Assembly (NCBI RefSeq): GCF_001194135.2
Contig: NC_068990.1
Coordinates: forward strand, 35,301,218 to 35,343,351
DNA length: 42,134 nt
DNA from: Octopus bimaculoides
Lineage: Eukaryota
Direction of reading: 5' to 3'
Below are positions 37,086 to 42,134 of the stretch, piece by piece; the first letter of the stretch is position 1, and the number at the start of each line of letters is the position of its first letter. The position numbers and the translations under genes were made by a program. Below the pieces are notes generated by a model that had not been told where the DNA came from, searched no databases, and worked only from the letters and a program-made list of their open reading frames with translations.

Positions 37086-39391
37086 GGAGCTACGCCAGCA
37101 CAGAAGAAATCTGGTCTCTATGTGGCTTGACTATAAAAAAGCCTTCGACTCTGTTCCCCATTCGTGGATGCTAGAAGCCCTCCGACTTGCTAAAGTCCCA
37201 GGGAACTTGATTAATGCCATATCTAACCTGACATCTTCCTGGGCCACCATCGTGAAGTTAAATACAATAAGTGGATGTATCACCAGCAAAAAAATACAAT
37301 ATCGCAGGGGGATATTCCAAGGAGACAGCCTCCTTGTGATGCTGTTCACACTGTCGGTAAACCCATTATCATACATGCTGAAGAAGTCTGAAGGGTATCT
37401 AATTGGAACGCAGGCAAACAGAAACACCAAAATTACGCACTGCTTCTTTGTCGATAATTTGAAATTGTATGCCAAGAACATGGATGATATGAAAAAAAGC
37501 CTCGACCTGGTCACAATATTTTCTGGTGATGTAGGACTAGAATTTGGCCAAGATAAATGTTCCTATATGGTTGTGGAACGAAGAAAGGCTAAAAACCACC
37601 CTAACAACATCTCCATCAATGGCCTATCTGTTTCTCCAATATCTGATGACGAATCCTACAGATACCTGGGAGTAGATGAAAACGTATCATACGAAGGTAC
37701 CTGTAACAAAGAACGTGTTACTAAGGAATACAGAAATCGGGTTAGGAAAATATGGACCTCGGAACTCTCTGCGTTCAATAAAGCAATAGNNNNNNNNNNG
37801 ACCTCGGAACTCTCTGCGTTCAATAAAGCAATAGCCCACAATGTGTTTGCAGTACCAGTACTCGTACCGACATTCGGGATACTTGACTGGACGATTGATG
37901 AAACCCGAGCCCTTGATGTGAAGACCCGGAAAATACTAACGGGCACGAACAAATTTCACATCAATAGCGATGTAGACCGCCTATACCTAAAACGAAATAA
38001 AGAAGGGAGGGGCCTAACTTCAATTCAGACTGCCTTTGAATGCCGTGTCATATCTCTTCGACATCATCTCATAACCACCAAGTATCGAAGTGCATCCCTT
38101 GATGAAGTCTGCAGACATGAGGTAAATACCATCATTTGATTGGGAAAGCAACTACTTGACAAGCATTCCTTATTCGACAACCCTGAACTCTTACCCAAAG
38201 AAGTTGCAAGACTCTACCGTAACATAACATCAGAGGAGAAGATGGATGCATTCCAGCAGAAGACCATGCATGGATACGTTAACAGAAAGCTCCAGGGTGA
38301 TAACAACATTGACAACCAGAGCAGTCTATCGTGGACAAACAATCAGGTCACTAACTCTCACTTTGAAGGGTATGCCTTTGCTATTCAAGAACAAGAAATA
38401 GCAACCAAATTCCGAATAAACAAACGGGACAGAGACGCGGGCAAAGCGCCACAATGTAATAATCGATGCAGACTCTGTGGAATCAGTATCGAAGATATCA
38501 CCCACATCATTAGCAGCTGTCCAAAAATGTCATCACGGTATTACCTACCTATGAGAAATGATATNNNNNNNNNNNNNNNNNNNNNNNNNNNNNNNNNNNN
38601 NNNNNNNNNNNNNNNNNNNNNNNNNNNNNNNNNNNNNNNNNNNNNNNNNNNNNNNNNNNNNNNNNNNNNNNNNNNNNNNNNNNNNNNNNNNNNNNNNNNN
38701 NNNNNNNNNNNNNNNNNNNNNNNNNNNNNNNNNNNNNNNNNNNNNNNNNNNNNNNNNNNNNNNNNNNNNNNNNNNNNNNNNNNNNNNNNNNNNNNTGGTG
38801 GAATGTCCCAATAAAAACCTCAATAAAGTGCAGACATAATAGACCGGATATAGTAATCTGGGACAGAGAAGAGAAACTCTGTACAGTAGTAGAAATCAGC
38901 TGTCCTGCGGATGTCAACATCCCACAAAAGATTAGAGAAAAAGAGAACAACTACGCCGAGCTACTGAGAAATTTGCAGATACTCTACCCAGACTACAAGT
39001 TCAGATTCATACCCGTGATTGTTGGGGCATTGGGATATGTAACGAACTGCTTCAACAAAAACCTGGAAAAATTAGTGTTCTCAAAACCTGAAAGAAAAAG
39101 GCTACATATTCAAGCCATCAATGGAACTGTAAAGATATGTAAAACTTTTCAAAACTTTAGCATATAAATACATATGCATGCATCTAGACATGAAAATATA
39201 TGCATAAAAACGCATCCATAAAACAAACATACAAATCTGCGCATACACTAACACAAAATACTGTACACACACACATATGCACAAATACCTAGATGATGTT
39301 GATAAAAGTTCCAATGAAGGAGCCTTGAATCTATGTTAGAGTCCGGCTCTTTCTCTATGGACAAGAAATACAGAAATGAAACTGATTGATA
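37086..39391 (+). mobile_element. 5'-truncated non-LTR retrotransposon with RT, CCHC knuckle and restriction-like endonuclease (R4/Dong-like clade), inactivated
   Basis: RT motifs NLVSMWLDYKKAFDSVPHSW, RRGIFQGDSL, HCFFVDNLKLY, GLEFGQDKC, YRYLGV, RLYLKRNKEGRGL. C-X2-C-X8-H-X4-C knuckle (CRLCGISIEDITHIISSC, 38467-38520). RLE motif HNRPDIVIWD...VVEISCP...EKENNY in an open frame 38796-39167. 3'UTR to about 39391. In-frame TGA at 38137-38139, and N gaps at 37790-37799 and 38565-38795. Confidence 0.93.
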
Positions 39392-39428
39392 ACATACATA
39401 TATACATACATATATGTGGCTGTATACT

Positions 39429-39813
39429 AATAAGCTTGCTTCCAAACCACATGGTTCCGAACTCAGTCCCACAGAGTTGCAACTTTGGCAAGTGTGTTCT
39501 ACTATAGCTTCAGGCCGACTAAAGCCTAATGCGTGGATTTGGTAGACGGAAACTGAAAGAAACCTGTCGTATATACGTATATGTTTATATCTAAGTGTGT
39601 GTCATTGTGTCTGTGTTTTTCTCGGTCAACCGTTTGACAGCCGGTGTATGACCCCATAACTTAGCGGGTCGGCGAAAAGTTGTGATAAAATAAGTACCAG
39701 GCTTCAAAAACAGGAATGGGATCGATTCATTCGACTAAAAACCCTTCATGGCGGTGCACCATCATGGCTGTAATCCAATGACTGAACCAAGTAAAGGATA
39801 AAAGATAAAAGAT
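39429..39813 (+). mobile_element. tRNA-derived SINE family A, near full length
   Basis: Head (aagcttgcttccaaaccacatggttccgaactcagtccca), body (ggatttggtagacggaaactgaaagaaacctgtcg), GT-rich linker, 3' domain (aacttagcggg...aataagtaccagg...gatcgattcattcgac) and tail (gactgaaccaagtaaaggataaaagataaaagata). Confidence 0.9.
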
Positions 39814-39851
39814 ACATACACGCACACATGCACACACACACACACACACAT

Positions 39852-39883
<32 letters not shown>

Positions 39884-39975
39884 GCACACATACATATATA
39901 TATAAATATGTATATATGCCATGAACATATAAGTTGTTGGACTGGCTAGCTGATCGCCCTCAACCAAAGCGTGTA

Positions 39976-40025
39976 GGTGGTGCTGATAAACCGCAAAAAA
40001 AGGCGAAACACCGATGTCCATCACT
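39976..40025 (+). ncRNA. Type I hammerhead ribozyme fold with two core-proximal substitutions (relic)
   Basis: Stem I ggtggtg(39976-82)/catcact(40019-25). Core CTGATAA (39983-89, canonical CUGANGA). Stem II acc...ggc. GAAA (40005-08). Stem III ca-ccga-tg. GTC cleavage triplet at 40016-18. Confidence 0.6.
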
Positions 40026-40117
40026 CCCAAATGAGATTGAAAGTGAGTTATTTCACCTGTCCATAGCTTTAAGGTATTTTAACACCAACGACATGAGAGT
40101 TATATACTCAACTGTAT

Positions 40118-40473
40118 GAAGCTTGCTTCCAACCATGTGGTTCTGGGTTCAGTCTCACTACATAGCACCTTGAGCAACTGTCTTCTAATATAGCCTCGGG
40201 CGACCAAATCCTTTTGAGTTGATTCGGTAGACGGAAATTGAAAGAAGCCCGTCGTATATATATTCCTTTGTGTGTATGTTTGTGACTCTATTTGTCCTCT
40301 CACTGTCGCTTGACAACTGATGCTTGTTTGTTTATGTCATCGTAACTAGCGGTTGGAGAAAACAGCGCGACAGAATAAGTACGAAGCTTACATAGAATAA
40401 ATCCTGCATCTACTTGTTCAACTAAAAGACGGTGCTCTATCAAATGAAAGAATCAAATAAAAGCATAAAAGAA
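40118..40473 (+). mobile_element. tRNA-derived SINE family A, near full length
   Basis: Collinear with 39429-39813 over head, body, linker, 3' domain and AAAAG-type tail. Confidence 0.9.
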
Positions 40474-42134
40474 CACACACACACATACGTACATATATAT
40501 ATGTATNNNNNNNNNNNNNNNNNNNNNNNNNNNNNNNNNNNNNNNNNNNNNNNNNNNNNNNNNNNNNNNNNNNNNNNNNNNNNNNNNNNNNNNNNNNNNN
40601 NNNNNNNNNNNNNNNNNNNNNNNNNNNNNNNNNNNNNNNNNNNNNNNNNNNNNNNNNNNNNNNNNNNNNNNNNNNNNNNNNNNNNNNNNNNNNNNNNNNN
40701 NNNNNNNNNNNNNNNNNNNNNNNNNNNNNNNNNNNNNNNNNNNNNNNNNNNNNNNNNNNNNNNNNNNNNNNNNNNNNNNNNNNNNNNNNNNNNNNNNNNN
40801 NNNNNNNNNNNNNNNNNNNNNNNNNNNNNNNNNNNNNNNNNNNNNNNNNNNNNNNNNNNNNNNNNNNNNNNNNNNNNNNNNNNNNNNNNNNNNNNNNNNN
40901 NNNNNNNNNNNNNNNNNNNNNNNNNNNNNNNNNNNNNNNNNNNNNNNNNNNNNNNNNNNNNNNNNNNNNNNNNNNNNNNNNNNNNNNNNNNNNNNNNNNN
41001 NNNNNNNNNNNNNNNNNNNNNNNNNNNNNNNNNNNNNNNNNNNNNNNNNNNNNNNNNNNNNNNNNNNNNNNNNNNNNNNNNNNNNNNNNNNNNNNNNNNN
41101 NNNNNNNNNNNNNNNNNNNNNNNNNNNNNNNNNNNNNNNNNNNNNNNNNNNNNNNNNNNNNNNNNNNNNNNNNNNNNNNNNNNNNNNNNNNNNNNNNNNN
41201 NNNNNNNNNNNNNNNNNNNNNNNNNNNNNNNNNNNNNNNNNNATATATAATTTTTTAACGGAGATGAGCACCAACTTATACAAGCAGTTTTCTTTACCTG
41301 TTCTGATACATTCTGGGAGCCACAACTGGGAGTTAGAATTGTATCACATCAATATGGGCATTCTGTGATACAATTTGATGTGCCATAGTCACTGCACAGA
41401 TTTCCCACGCACTTGCCAATATATATGTATTCATTTGTTTAACTCATCAGTCCCTCCAACCGACGACACAGCTATATTTCGTTAGTCTGTTCAAAAACAT
41501 TGAAAGACACGTAATTTATTGCTTATCTAGAACTTCCTATATTCTACACATCATCAGGTAAAACGTATTTGATTCGTAATTTAAGATACATAATAATACT
41601 ATCATCATTAATTTAGGGAACTGCTTTATTTCTGTTTAGATTTGTTAAAATGTTTACAGATAAATCAGTAATGTGGAAGTAATGTGGAAGTAATGTGATA
41701 GGAAATATTGTTTATTATCACCTGTTAATTTTTGTCGGAGCATATTATCACAAGAATTCCAAAAGTGACGACTAGATTTTATTCTCTTTCACTGCCGATA
41801 TCCAGAATATCGTTCCATTTATAAGTTATTAATGTCTAATAATTTTAAAAGTCTGCTAAACACATAATAAGCACCTTTTCTGATGGTACTGTGAACTATA
41901 TCATCTTTAAAGATTACATACATGCACCTATTCTAACATATATACATAAATACACACGTCAACACACGCATCTACACACATGTGCACGCAAAGGAATTAC
42001 TGCATTAATATCTATCATTGAGTTACACAGAGATGGGATCAGTAAATATTTAAGCTGAACATAAGATTGGGTGGTGTTGAGTAAATTTATATCTGTTGTT
42101 GCTGTGAAAAGCAGAGATAATGACATAACAACAG

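Overview
AT-rich, microsatellite-saturated eukaryotic scaffold segment with many N gaps. It is most likely from an octopus-type cephalopod, inferred from the SINE sequences and the (CA)n/(TA)n/(TATC)n/(CAT)n load. No host protein-coding gene can be supported: almost all ORFs in the track are translations of simple repeats or N gaps. The identifiable content is mobile-element debris. (1) A 5'-truncated RLE-type non-LTR retrotransposon (R4/Dong-like; RT, CCHC knuckle, restriction-like endonuclease, 3'UTR) at 37086-39391, with a second short copy at 27129-27373; both abut (ACAT)n tracts. (2) Two DD34D-type mariner copies, one with both TIRs and TA target duplications, plus relics of a DD37D (maT-type) and a Tc1 transposase and a probable MITE. 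(3) CR1/L2-type LINE fragments. (4) At least seven copies of two SINE families. (5) A hairpin-dense 343-bp unit in tandem and inverted, permuted arrangement across a gap. (6) Two degenerate hammerhead-ribozyme-like motifs. The best lead for something undescribed is a possible (ACAT)n-microsatellite-targeting R4-clade retrotransposon, followed by the hammerhead relic at 39976-40025 and the 13.2-14.6 kb structured repeat. All family assignments come from motif recognition by eye, not from database searches.
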